Part shown: positions 29,339 through 38,634 of the stretch, piece by piece
Layout of the letters: the number at the start of each line of letters is the position of its first letter
Position numbering within the stretch: the stretch's first letter is position 1
Origin: Methanobacteriota archaeon
Lineage (GTDB): Archaea > Thermoplasmatota > Poseidoniia > Poseidoniales > Thalassarchaeaceae
Length of the DNA: 64,000 nucleotides
NCBI GenBank assembly: GCA_011523055.1
Contig: WTHQ01000019.1
Coordinates: 25,282 to 89,281, forward strand
Direction: 5' to 3'
The notes under the pieces: generated by a model
Seen by the model: the letters and a program-made list of their open reading frames with translations, nothing else
Told to the model about the DNA's origin: nothing
Databases searched by the model: none
Translations under genes and position numbers: made by a program

Positions 29339-31051
29339 GTGATATTGATGTCCTTCTTCCTGTTGAGCACCACCATGCGAACTGCCATATGGTCGATATT
29401 GACTGTCTTGATCGTGCTATCGATGAATGTCGTTGCACAAACAGAGGAAATCAACTCAGATATTGTGTGGGATACCGACCGATCACACTCAGGGACGATC
29501 ATAGTTTCCTCTGGACACTCGCTGACAATCGAAAACTCGATCGTCAACATGGGTGAGGGGTCTGGTATCGTGGTAGAGGAAGGAGGAAGACTGGAAATAC
29601 TCGACTCCGAGTTGACCGCGACAAGCCCGCCTGTTGGCATCGTTGGATTTGGTTACGGGATCGGAAACAAGGCCTCCTCATTCAAAATCCCAGCAAGTGA
29701 CTATGATTCGAGTTTCAAGGCTACAATAATGCCTCAAGACGGAGGCTCATTCTTCGGGTTTGAATTCATGATTGAAGGAGGCGAATCAATTTATGGTAAT
29801 GAGTCCGAAATGGTGATTGATTTTGACTCCCAAGCCTCCGATACCTGGATAACCATCCTTGGAATTCCAACAAACATTGTCGGAATTGCACTCTTGGAAA
29901 TGGAGTTTGATGGCGGAAATGTTATCCAGATACCCGGAGTAGATCTTGAGACCAAGAACATGAGGCCATCTGGCTCATTTGGGTTCCATATTAGTTCCAA
30001 TGGGTTGGTCGAGATTACTGGCTCTAAGATTTTAGGGGGTAGTTTGCAATTTGATGGTGAAGCAAGTATTGTTGACAGTACGCTCAACAGAAGTACGCCA
30101 GTCATTGCAATGTCTGATGTCGCTGAGATCTCAATGTCTGATGTCTCAATCTCTTGGTCTCTGGATGATCATGACCTCAGGATGGGTCCGTCCACGACTC
30201 TCTCCACAAGTTCCGTGGAATGGTCAGGGGGTTTGACAGATAGATGGGAGAGGAGAGTGGGTCAGCAGATGGTTGAGTTCTCATCCTCCGGCGTGGTTTA
30301 CAGTGTCCAGGGGCTCGGTTACCAACAATCGAATTTGGGATCCTTGATCTCTGATCAAAATGGCATGGGAATCATTGGCTCAGGGGCTGAAAGAGTTGTT
30401 GAAATTGGCTGGGCAATAGACTCTGATCAGTATAACCAGTCACCCATCTGGGTCGAGCAGGCGGTAGTAATCACCGAACTATACCGGACTGCTTGGAATC
30501 CCCAATCTGAGGTCGAGGACTACGGCGGACGCGTGGCAGTTGACTGGAACAAATCGACTGTCATCGCCAAGGCCGGATCTCCAGACGTCATATCCTGGAA
30601 TTCACCAGATATTCACATCCTGTCAATGAGTCATGATGGAGAGTTATCCGCTGACCCAAACAAGGGTTGGAAGGGCAATGTTTCAATCGCCAACACAGGT
30701 AACTCCGACGCAATCGTCTACTTTGTGTGCGATGATGCAGAGACAGGTCTCAGGCAATCCATCGGCGATTCTTATGTCGGAGGTAAAATCGAGGCAGGGG
30801 GCACAGAAGGATTCCCGATCAATTGGACGCCAGTCGGAGAGGGCGATATGGCCATCACCTGCTCAATTCTTACCCCCAGCCAACTCGTCGAGGAAGATAC
30901 CTGGGGAGGTGGTTCTATCACATCGCCCATTATCAGTTTCAGCGTGCAGGAAACAGGCGAAGCTGGAAGCGCTATACCTGCTCTGGTGGCAATGGTTGGC
31001 GCGGCCCTAATCATGGGATTCTACACATTCAGGAGATCGAAATCAGCATGA
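29339..31051 (+). CDS. hypothetical secreted surface protein with C-terminal TM anchor (beta-helix-like N-terminal region)
   Basis: Signal peptide MRTAIWSILTVLIVLSMNVVAQT. SGHSLTIENSIVNMGEGSGIVVEEGGRLEILDSEL repeat-like strands. Ends AIPALVAMVGAALIMGFYTFRRSKSA. Confidence 0.6.
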   Translation: MILMSFFLLSTTMRTAIWSILTVLIVLSMNVVAQTEEINSDIVWDTDRSHSGTIIVSSGHSLTIENSIVNMGEGSGIVVEEGGRLEILDSELTATSPPVGIVGFGYGIGNKASSFKIPASDYDSSFKATIMPQDGGSFFGFEFMIEGGESIYGNESEMVIDFDSQASDTWITILGIPTNIVGIALLEMEFDGGNVIQIPGVDLETKNMRPSGSFGFHISSNGLVEITGSKILGGSLQFDGEASIVDSTLNRSTPVIAMSDVAEISMSDVSISWSLDDHDLRMGPSTTLSTSSVEWSGGLTDRWERRVGQQMVEFSSSGVVYSVQGLGYQQSNLGSLISDQNGMGIIGSGAERVVEIGWAIDSDQYNQSPIWVEQAVVITELYRTAWNPQSEVEDYGGRVAVDWNKSTVIAKAGSPDVISWNSPDIHILSMSHDGELSADPNKGWKGNVSIANTGNSDAIVYFVCDDAETGLRQSIGDSYVGGKIEAGGTEGFPINWTPVGEGDMAITCSILTPSQLVEEDTWGGGSITSPIISFSVQETGEAGSAIPALVAMVGAALIMGFYTFRRSKSA

Positions 31052-32254
31052 TTGAACGGCATTCCAGCTCTCGGATGTGTATTGGCCAGCGTCATTCAAA
31101 TTGGTCTCCTCGTACAAGTAATAGCTCGTGTGTTGGATAGATTCTGTAGACCATGGATCTAGGTTTTGTCCTACTATTGTGAGAGAATAACATCCGAAAC
31201 CAGATTCCATCCAATCCTCCTTCAGTATCACAGATCTATCAATGTCCTGGGCCACGGTGCTGCCACCTAACCTCATACTGGGGCCTGAGTCACCGATATA
31301 TGCTGATCCGGAGCCGTACTCACCGCCAACTGAAAGCCATGTAGCGGTTGTGTGCCTTACCTCTATCACTGGATAGTCTATGGAATCTGAGCCCTCGTAG
31401 GTCATGACTACATCCAAATCGTAGTCGGCAAAAGGCATGGCTGCTATGAATTCCTGCGAGGAGCCCAATAGTCCGGCTGTGACATCCAGTGCAACACCCG
31501 AGAGACAGCGATCCTTCGTGGATCCCTCACAATCTTGCGTCTTGAAAGACGGGGTGGCAGTCACATCAACCCCCGTGAGGGTTCTCGATAGGGCGTTGGA
31601 GTCGAGGTTCCTTTCCCATGTGTTGCCATCTATCTCAACGATAATGCGATATTCCGAATCTGGCAAGGCATTCTCATTGTAGAATGCTTGAATGGGTATT
31701 TTCAGCCGACCATAGTCTCCCTGCCCATCTTCTTTGTCTATCGTGAGGCTCGAGGTAGAGGTGTAAGAATAAGATCCTTGGGCAATAGTGACGGAGGCAT
31801 CATATGTTCCTGAGCCACCATTTTGCCTGATCTTCAGTACCAGTTCATCGGTTTCCTCATCGTGCTCAATTTGTCCGAGGGACATCTCCCCAGTCAGAAG
31901 GAGTGCGATGGCAAAGTTAGAAGACAGGAGGAGTATGAATGACATGCCTACCGCTATTGTCGGCAATGAAGCAGGGGCAGGCCGGCCGATCGAGATCCAT
32001 ATCGCCCCGCCCGAAATAAAGAGGACTGCGGCGGAGAGGTAACCTGCATTTTCACCGATGAAGATTCCGCCAAACCACATCACTATGAAGTACGGGACAA
32101 CCATGCCTCCGAGGATGAGCATTGCCAGCCTAGAATTGGAATTCATATCATTTTGCCGCGATGGTTTGCTGGAGCCTGATGGTTCGGTGTGGCCCAAATC
32201 AGCATTGCCAGTTTGTTGTTTTGCCGCCTTCTCCAGGAGTCCCCCGTTCGACAT
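31043..32254 (-). CDS. hypothetical membrane protein (3 N-terminal TM helices + extracellular domain)
   Basis: Hydrophobic helices LAMLILGGMVVPYFIVMWFGGIF, YLSAAVLFISGGAIWISI, IAVGMSFILLLSSNFAIALLL, followed by a Ser/Thr/Asp-rich soluble domain. Confidence 0.55.
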   Translation of the reverse strand: MSNGGLLEKAAKQQTGNADLGHTEPSGSSKPSRQNDMNSNSRLAMLILGGMVVPYFIVMWFGGIFIGENAGYLSAAVLFISGGAIWISIGRPAPASLPTIAVGMSFILLLSSNFAIALLLTGEMSLGQIEHDEETDELVLKIRQNGGSGTYDASVTIAQGSYSYTSTSSLTIDKEDGQGDYGRLKIPIQAFYNENALPDSEYRIIVEIDGNTWERNLDSNALSRTLTGVDVTATPSFKTQDCEGSTKDRCLSGVALDVTAGLLGSSQEFIAAMPFADYDLDVVMTYEGSDSIDYPVIEVRHTTATWLSVGGEYGSGSAYIGDSGPSMRLGGSTVAQDIDRSVILKEDWMESGFGCYSLTIVGQNLDPWSTESIQHTSYYLYEETNLNDAGQYTSESWNAVQSC

Positions 32255-32320
32255 GTTGGCACTCCCACGGTGAAGAGCCTGTTATGAAGCAGTCGACGTG
32301 AGGGGCGTTGCTGCGTCTGA

Positions 32321-33268
32321 TTAGAGCGTTGGGGCCTCGAGCGGGATCACGTTCCCATCTTCATCAATCGCAGGAACATTGTCTTTCCTTGGGCCCCGGC
32401 CTGCTAGAGCAGCGGCTGCGAGCGCGGAAATCATCATTGTACCTACAATCTCAAATCCAGGTAGGTAGATTCCTCTAATGTAGATCGTCATGGTCTGTAT
32501 CTGATAATCTGCTATTCCGACAGTCTTGATGGAGTAGTCACTAGTTGCCTTGAAGTTGAGGTTGTAGTATTTGTCAGTCCACCCTTGGTTCTTGGGCGTT
32601 CTCATCTGAACGTATATTTTCTGAGGGGGGGCCATCGACTCGATTTCCACTGAGACAAGGGGTATGCTCAGTTGAAATCCCTCATCATTGAGCTCTTCCC
32701 TGTTATCAATCCCTATGGCAAACCTGTCCATGGCGTTCCCGTCATTGTGTACCGCAAAGACAAGGTTAGTATCGACTTTTGGTCTCAATTGTATGAACGC
32801 AACGTCGCTTTCAACCCTCAGTCGGCTGAATTGCCTAATGATTGCCAACACAGTGTACGTCGAAGGTGAGCTCGTCACAGGTACGCCGTTTGCTTGTGTA
32901 ACTTCTGCTGTGATCGCTACGGTTTGGGATCCCTCAGGTGCCCTAAGATCGGCCCTCAAGGTTACCTGGAAAGATGCGGACAAGCCATTTCCGACTGTAA
33001 CGCTGGCAGGCCCTGAATACGCTAGGTTGCCTGCTTGTATCCTTATCTCTACCTTAACCTGGTGTACAGAGGGATTCTCGAGGTTGCAGTTTACGATCGT
33101 AGAGCGTGGAGCACCTGGCTCTACGTCGATAGGCGAGGGTTGAGAACAAGTGAGAGTGATATCCGGTACAGCCCCTTGGGCCTGGACAGCAGCAGCACCC
33201 GCCCATGTGCTGAGCACGTAGACAACAAGTATCATCACGGCTCCTCGTGCTGACCTGCGGGCTGTCAT
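32321..33268 (-). CDS. hypothetical secreted protein with two CARDB/Ig-like beta-sandwich domains and C-terminal PGF-like TM anchor
   Basis: Start set at MTARRSARGAVMILVVYVLSTWAGAAAVQA (signal peptide); the ORF extends to 33364. C-terminus ...YLPGFEIVGTMMISALAAAALAGRGPRKD. Confidence 0.55.
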   Translation of the reverse strand: MTARRSARGAVMILVVYVLSTWAGAAAVQAQGAVPDITLTCSQPSPIDVEPGAPRSTIVNCNLENPSVHQVKVEIRIQAGNLAYSGPASVTVGNGLSASFQVTLRADLRAPEGSQTVAITAEVTQANGVPVTSSPSTYTVLAIIRQFSRLRVESDVAFIQLRPKVDTNLVFAVHNDGNAMDRFAIGIDNREELNDEGFQLSIPLVSVEIESMAPPQKIYVQMRTPKNQGWTDKYYNLNFKATSDYSIKTVGIADYQIQTMTIYIRGIYLPGFEIVGTMMISALAAAALAGRGPRKDNVPAIDEDGNVIPLEAPTL

Positions 33269-33376
33269 ATTGAAGCCTTCAGGATAAGCCGTATTTAGCG
33301 GTTCTTCAGTGATGGATGAATTATCGGTCTTTTGAGTGCACAATTTGTGATCACCGATTTCCAAACAGACGGTTTC

Positions 33377-33453
33377 TGGTGGACCCGACCGGATTTGAAC
33401 CGATGACCACCCGGTTATGAGCCGGGCGCTCTAACCAACTGAGCTACGGGTCC
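33377..33453 (-). tRNA. tRNA with CAU anticodon (elongator Met or Ile2), CCA encoded
   Basis: Reverse complement reads GGACCCGUAGCUCAGUUGGUUAGAGCGCCCGGCUCAUAACCGGGUGGUCAUCGGUUCAAAUCCGGUCGGGUCCACCA. 7-bp acceptor stem GGACCCG/CGGGUCC. D, anticodon (CCCGG-CUCAUAA-CCGGG) and T arms all fold canonically. Confidence 0.85.
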
Positions 33454-33654
33454 CCGTGCTTGACGCGACAGTTCACAGATTTGGATGTTCTCGATAATCA
33501 ATGTTGGAAGTAGACATGAGATTCTTCGAGAATAGTGAGGTAATCACGGCTCTAACTCCTAGTAACCACCATATTACTGTTAGAAAATCACGTTTCCACG
33601 TGACTAAGTAGATACTTGCATCCACAGTAAGTGTGAACTAAAACACTTATTCGG

Positions 33655-36378
33655 TTGTTCCCCCCCGGGCGTAACGATAACATGTCTGGCAACCGCTCTG
33701 GAACCTATCTCATAGTTGGAATTATCCTAATTGGATTGAACGCATTTGCATTCGCACCGTACGTGTCGGACGCCACATTGGAAACAGTTCGAGATACAGT
33801 TGAGTCAGGTTATGATGACGAGGAGGATTACTCAGGGGATGATGAGTGGTCTGAATCAGTATCGCAGCGGACGTACTTCGCATACTCAATGACTAACCCG
33901 TCAGATGTGTTGGAAGGAAATGCTCCGGAATTTACCAAAATGGGCCCATTTATCTACAATGTCACAGTCCACAATGACCTGCTGGGATGGAACTCAGAAA
34001 ATGCAACAATAACATACTCTTCATATGACGTGTTCGAGCATTGTGCTGATTGCGTGTGGGAGGATTCCGACGGAGTGGAACATCAATCGCTTCCCGAGGA
34101 TACGCAAGTTACCAATCAAAACATCCTGTGGAACACCCAATTGATAGCCGGCATCTCTACCGGAATCCAATACGGTGAGCAGTTTGCCAAGGCAGGATTC
34201 ACCAAGAGCATGATGACCTATGACATGATGTATCTTGCACCGAGCATGGACACTGCGGATCAGATCTCAGAACTTGTGTCTGGCGCAGAAGCCGCTATTG
34301 ACGCCCAAACGGGTGGTCAGCTGGATGCACTAACGGTTTCGGCGATGGCTGACGCTATGGTTCTTGACGGTTTCTTCGCAAGTTGGAATGCAACCCTTGA
34401 TGACGCCCAGAGACAAGGCCTTGGAGCCGACGTGATGTCACCTGACTTCAGCGCTGCGGCAGGTTCGATAATGAATAGCGCCGTAGACGCAAGCAGCCAA
34501 GAATGCATGGCCTTGACCTGCGACTATGGACCATGGATGGTCGCAGCATGGGGTGAGCCCAGCTCAGTGATTACCCCCCTCCGTGCGGACCTACTGGGAT
34601 ATGGCACCACCGATCCTGTTGAAATGACTCTTATGGATTGGGCGGTGTACGCAGGCGCTGCGTCCATGATGCAGGCGAACGGAGCTGGGGTCCCCCCGGA
34701 GCTTGCCTCGAACGAATCAAACTCACACAAAGTTGGGGTTCTCACAGGCTACGATTTCAAGTCAAGCAGCGGTGAAATCTACGTGGATGAACTCAATTAC
34801 TTCCTGTTCGGAGTGAATGAAGCCACAGGATACCCAGCGGGGATGCTCGCCGAACAGGACCTGAGTGGAATTCCCCTCTACGGAGTGGTTCTCTCGTTGC
34901 TACCCCTCACTGCTAGCCCCCCAGACTACATGGGTTACATCGAGGAGTACAGCATACCTGGCATCCTAACTATGCAGGGCGTCGCTGGTTGGTCATCAGG
35001 CTGGCAGCTTGCAGAGACCCATTTCCCAATGCGCGTTGTCAACCCCGCAGCCTCTGGAACAATGGATGCCGACACGTGGTGGAAGATGTCTTTCGGAGGG
35101 GAAGAGCCTCTGCTAGGCGGAAACATAGCTGTGGGACTAAACAGGAACATGGCGGCAGGAGAGGGTTCAAACCTCGCACTAGAAAAGGTAGATGAGATTC
35201 TCTACGATGGGCCGTATGCATTGACAAACTCTGACATGGCAACGATGTTCATGTACGGGGAGTTGTCAGGAATGACATTCCCCATGACAGCTAGTGGCCC
35301 TGGAGTCGGCGGGGTCCAGAGCGTCTGGGATGATTCCCATGTCGCAGGCATGTACGGAATTTCTGAATCCGATGCTTCCCTATTGAGGTCATGGGTCAAC
35401 GATCTGATGTTCGGACAGGTAGTCGGCCTGCTATTGAACTTCCAATATGGTGCTGGCCCTCTAACCACCCAATCAATCAGCAACTGGCTGTATGGCTGGT
35501 CGGACCCTGTCCTTGTGGGCCTATACGGCGCTGAGAACAGTTGGGTCAGCCTTGAGACAAATGCCACCTACTATGGGAGCGGAGGGCTTTCAACCGGCGA
35601 TTACAGCGTCTATGAGGAAACCACGTCCGCCGATGGAGGGACCCCTGGGCTGCGGGTCGCGGAAGGCTACCTCGATTCCGAAACGGGCGAGATCTACGGA
35701 ATGGGGCCTGACATGCCATGGAGATCGGATTCAGCTGAGGAGGCCACTCTCGGTCTGTTGTCTAGTCACGTTGGAAATGACCTAACCGATCAATCAGGAG
35801 CGATCGGTGGCATCGTCAATGACCCAGATGAACCTCAATTGGTGAACTTAGTGGGCTATGCTCTCGCAGAGACAGAAGTGATTGGCGACATCGTGTTCAA
35901 GGACATTCCAATGGTTCATCACAGAGTATCTCTAGAACCAACGGAGAACCAAATCCAAGCCAAGCTAATCGGCTCTGGCACGGTTATCGACGTTCTTCCA
36001 GGCGCCTTGCCAGTCTACTTTGAATCCAACGTTGACATCTACGTCGAGGAAATAACGGGTATCGCGATGTATGGGAAGAGCAAATCGACCTTCCACCTCG
36101 ACCTGAGGGGTCCTGGGATGATGGATCCAGTTCTAAACGTGGACACGCATCCAGTGTTCGAGATCCATACCGCTAGCGAGATCGGGGACGATGATGCAGG
36201 AAGTTTCGTGTCCGCCGTCATTGACAACCAGGGAATGTTCTTCTGGACTGACTTCGGGTCAGGGGCTGATGGTTCAACAGATGACCTCGTCGACTTCTTG
36301 GCATTCGGAATCTATGTCTTGGCGGTCGGGCTTCTAGTAGCGGGAGCCAGGGGCCGCTCGTCCACAGAAGCCGAGTAA
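33655..36378 (+). CDS. hypothetical large surface protein (907 aa) with N-terminal signal/TM and C-terminal TM anchor
   Basis: N-terminus GTYLIVGIILIGLNAFAFAPYVS. C-terminus LVDFLAFGIYVLAVGLLVAGARGRSSTEAE. No recognisable catalytic motif. Start may be Met at 33682. Confidence 0.6.
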   Translation: MFPPGRNDNMSGNRSGTYLIVGIILIGLNAFAFAPYVSDATLETVRDTVESGYDDEEDYSGDDEWSESVSQRTYFAYSMTNPSDVLEGNAPEFTKMGPFIYNVTVHNDLLGWNSENATITYSSYDVFEHCADCVWEDSDGVEHQSLPEDTQVTNQNILWNTQLIAGISTGIQYGEQFAKAGFTKSMMTYDMMYLAPSMDTADQISELVSGAEAAIDAQTGGQLDALTVSAMADAMVLDGFFASWNATLDDAQRQGLGADVMSPDFSAAAGSIMNSAVDASSQECMALTCDYGPWMVAAWGEPSSVITPLRADLLGYGTTDPVEMTLMDWAVYAGAASMMQANGAGVPPELASNESNSHKVGVLTGYDFKSSSGEIYVDELNYFLFGVNEATGYPAGMLAEQDLSGIPLYGVVLSLLPLTASPPDYMGYIEEYSIPGILTMQGVAGWSSGWQLAETHFPMRVVNPAASGTMDADTWWKMSFGGEEPLLGGNIAVGLNRNMAAGEGSNLALEKVDEILYDGPYALTNSDMATMFMYGELSGMTFPMTASGPGVGGVQSVWDDSHVAGMYGISESDASLLRSWVNDLMFGQVVGLLLNFQYGAGPLTTQSISNWLYGWSDPVLVGLYGAENSWVSLETNATYYGSGGLSTGDYSVYEETTSADGGTPGLRVAEGYLDSETGEIYGMGPDMPWRSDSAEEATLGLLSSHVGNDLTDQSGAIGGIVNDPDEPQLVNLVGYALAETEVIGDIVFKDIPMVHHRVSLEPTENQIQAKLIGSGTVIDVLPGALPVYFESNVDIYVEEITGIAMYGKSKSTFHLDLRGPGMMDPVLNVDTHPVFEIHTASEIGDDDAGSFVSAVIDNQGMFFWTDFGSGADGSTDDLVDFLAFGIYVLAVGLLVAGARGRSSTEAE

Positions 36379-36387
36379 GTCGCACGC

Positions 36388-36852
36388 CTAGGCACTGAGG
36401 CAGTGAGAGATTACTGATTCGTAATCCGGCTGAACCCCTGGGTTCTCCGCTGCCCATGCGTAGCTCACCCTTCCATCCGGCTCAATCACGAAAATTGATC
36501 TCGTTGCCACGGTGTACCCGGGTATTACAAAATCATGGTAAGTCACCCCGAATGAGTCAATCACAGACCTGTGAACATCAGAGAGAAGGGGGAAGGCGAT
36601 TCCGCTCTGCTGGGCAAAGGCCGCATTGGAAAACGGTGCGTCAACTGAAATTCCCACCACACTGCACCCCGTATTTTCGAGGTCGGACATCATGTCTGTC
36701 AGTGTGCACATCTCCTCAGTGCATACCCCAGTGAAAGCAGCGGGGTAGAATGCAACTAACAACCTTGAATCTAGATGGTCGCGGCTATCGAATATCGACT
36801 TGTCTTGTGCAGTCAACTGGAAATCAGGTGCAACATCACCAACGCTCAGCAT
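36388..36852 (-). CDS. bcp: peroxiredoxin (Bcp/PrxQ-type thiol peroxidase)
   Basis: MLSVGDVAPDF...FYPAAFTGVCTEE (peroxidatic Cys motif). Start set at the MLSVGD Met rather than the ORF start at 36894. Confidence 0.8.
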   Translation of the reverse strand: MLSVGDVAPDFQLTAQDKSIFDSRDHLDSRLLVAFYPAAFTGVCTEEMCTLTDMMSDLENTGCSVVGISVDAPFSNAAFAQQSGIAFPLLSDVHRSVIDSFGVTYHDFVIPGYTVATRSIFVIEPDGRVSYAWAAENPGVQPDYESVISHCLSA

Positions 36853-36893
36853 ATAGGGTCCATGATGGGCAGGGTTCACCAACCCTCCGGTCA

Positions 36894-38630
36894 TTACATC
36901 CTGCTCGGAGCATCCATGCCAAGCAGGTTCAACCCATGTTCAAGGATCCTTCCTGTGATCCGGCATAGTTCGATTCTCTGATCCCTTATCTCTTTGTTCT
37001 CGGTTAAAACTGGACAGTTTTCGTAGAATGAGCCGAATGCTTGTGACATCTTGTGTAAATGTTTGCAGATTCTGCTGGGTGCTAGATCTGCCAGGGCGTG
37101 GTCCACAGCCTCTGGGTACTTCAAAACCTCTCGGGCTAGCTTCATCTCGTGTTCGCTAGCCAGCTCAAAGGATGTGAATTCCGTGCCTCCTTGGCTATGC
37201 CTTTCCTTGTTCAAGATGCTGTTAATCCTAGCATGGGCGTATTGGATGTAGGGGCCTGTCTCCCCTTCAAAACTCAGCATTTTGTCCCAATCAAAAATAT
37301 AGTCCTTGGTCCTGTCTGATTTAAGATCAGAGTATTTCACCGCCCCGATACCAATGCTCCGGGCGAGAATCCTGAGATCTTCTTTGGAGATGTCCGGATT
37401 CCTTTCCAAGACCGCTACTGAGGCTCTCTCAATTGCTTCATTCAGGAGATCTAGAAGTCTTATGGCCTCCCCGCTCCTACTCTTCAACTTCCCACCATCA
37501 GGCCCGAGCACCAGTCCAAAGGAAACGTGCGTGGCGGTATGGCGATCCCCCATGAGGCCGCCTTTCCTCGCGCTAGCAAAGACCATCTCGAAGTGTTGTT
37601 TTTGCTCAGCCCCCACGACATAGATCAAATCATCCGCATTGAGCCTCTGTGTTCTGTCAGAAATACACGCCAGATCTGTTGTTGCATAATTGTACCCTCC
37701 ATCGCTCTTTCGGATAATGAGAGGCAGGGGGTCGCCATCCCTGTTAACCCAATCCCCTGGATAGATTACTAGTGCCCCGTTGTTCGTCTCAAGTATTCCT
37801 TTTTCATGAAGTTGTTCAACTAATCCCGGCAACAAAGGATCGTATTTTGATTCGCCCATCACATCATCCCTCGTCAAGAGTACGCCGAGCAACTCGTAGA
37901 CCTCTTGGAAATGGCCCATTGATATGTCAACCAGCTGGCTCCATCTCTGAAGGGTTGGCCCATCCCCGGCCTGCAGTGAGACAACCCTCTCCCGGGCCCT
38001 TTGACGGAAGTTTTCGTCTTCATCGAACTTAATTCGGCACTCCCTGTAAAATTCCCCCAAGTCGGAGAGCGCTTCCACGGGGTCGATACCATCGGAGTCG
38101 AGATCCTCAAGCCTCTCAATCAACATGCCAAAAGGAGTGCCCCAATCTCCAACATGATTCTCTCGAATTACTCGATTTCCCTTTGCCTCGAAAATGCGGG
38201 CCAGAGAGTCACCGATGACCGTGGACCTCAGATGGCCCACGTGCATTTCCTTGGCAATGTTCGGTGAGGAGTAGTCTACAACGACTGTTCTTTGGGAGGC
38301 TTTTTCCACCCCCAAAGTTGGATGCCTGCAAATATCGACTAGCCTGGAGGAAACCCAACCCGAACTCGCTCTGAAGTTAACATAGCCAGCCTTGGAACTG
38401 ACATTTGCGATTCCAACTAAGTGTGGGGCCAATATCTCTGCTGCCTCATCAGCAATATCCACTGGCGACCTCTTCAGGACACCTGAAAACCTGTGGAATG
38501 GAACTGCCAAGTCCCCGTGGGACTTGTCGGTAGCATCACCAATTATCGATCTTGGGTCGAGGTTATCTATGCCAATGCTTGACAGGACGTGGTCCATCCC
38601 AGTGGCTACAGGTTCGACCAAATCACGCAT
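36894..38630 (-). CDS. argS: arginine--tRNA ligase
   Basis: Class I HIGH-type motif SPNIAKEMHVGHLRSTVIGD. ArgRS-typical N-terminal add domain and C-terminal DALR anticodon-binding region. Confidence 0.9.
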   Translation of the reverse strand: MRDLVEPVATGMDHVLSSIGIDNLDPRSIIGDATDKSHGDLAVPFHRFSGVLKRSPVDIADEAAEILAPHLVGIANVSSKAGYVNFRASSGWVSSRLVDICRHPTLGVEKASQRTVVVDYSSPNIAKEMHVGHLRSTVIGDSLARIFEAKGNRVIRENHVGDWGTPFGMLIERLEDLDSDGIDPVEALSDLGEFYRECRIKFDEDENFRQRARERVVSLQAGDGPTLQRWSQLVDISMGHFQEVYELLGVLLTRDDVMGESKYDPLLPGLVEQLHEKGILETNNGALVIYPGDWVNRDGDPLPLIIRKSDGGYNYATTDLACISDRTQRLNADDLIYVVGAEQKQHFEMVFASARKGGLMGDRHTATHVSFGLVLGPDGGKLKSRSGEAIRLLDLLNEAIERASVAVLERNPDISKEDLRILARSIGIGAVKYSDLKSDRTKDYIFDWDKMLSFEGETGPYIQYAHARINSILNKERHSQGGTEFTSFELASEHEMKLAREVLKYPEAVDHALADLAPSRICKHLHKMSQAFGSFYENCPVLTENKEIRDQRIELCRITGRILEHGLNLLGMDAPSRM

Positions 38631-38634
38631 AATA

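Noticed and set aside
32688-33143. 151-aa plus-strand ORF overlapping the CARDB-like surface-protein gene
   Set aside because: Fully antisense to a gene that has a signal peptide and C-terminal anchor. No motif.
33659-33665. C7 homopolymer at the annotated start of the 907-aa surface-protein gene
   Set aside because: It probably lies in the 5' leader: the signal peptide begins at a downstream Met (33682). Seven nt is short, so I did not treat it as a phase-variation site.
36894-36894. Peroxiredoxin ORF starting at 36894 overlapping the argS stop
   Set aside because: The canonical Prx N-terminus (M-x-x-VGDxAPDF) begins at the internal Met at 36852. I shortened the gene call and did not treat it as a meaningful overlap.
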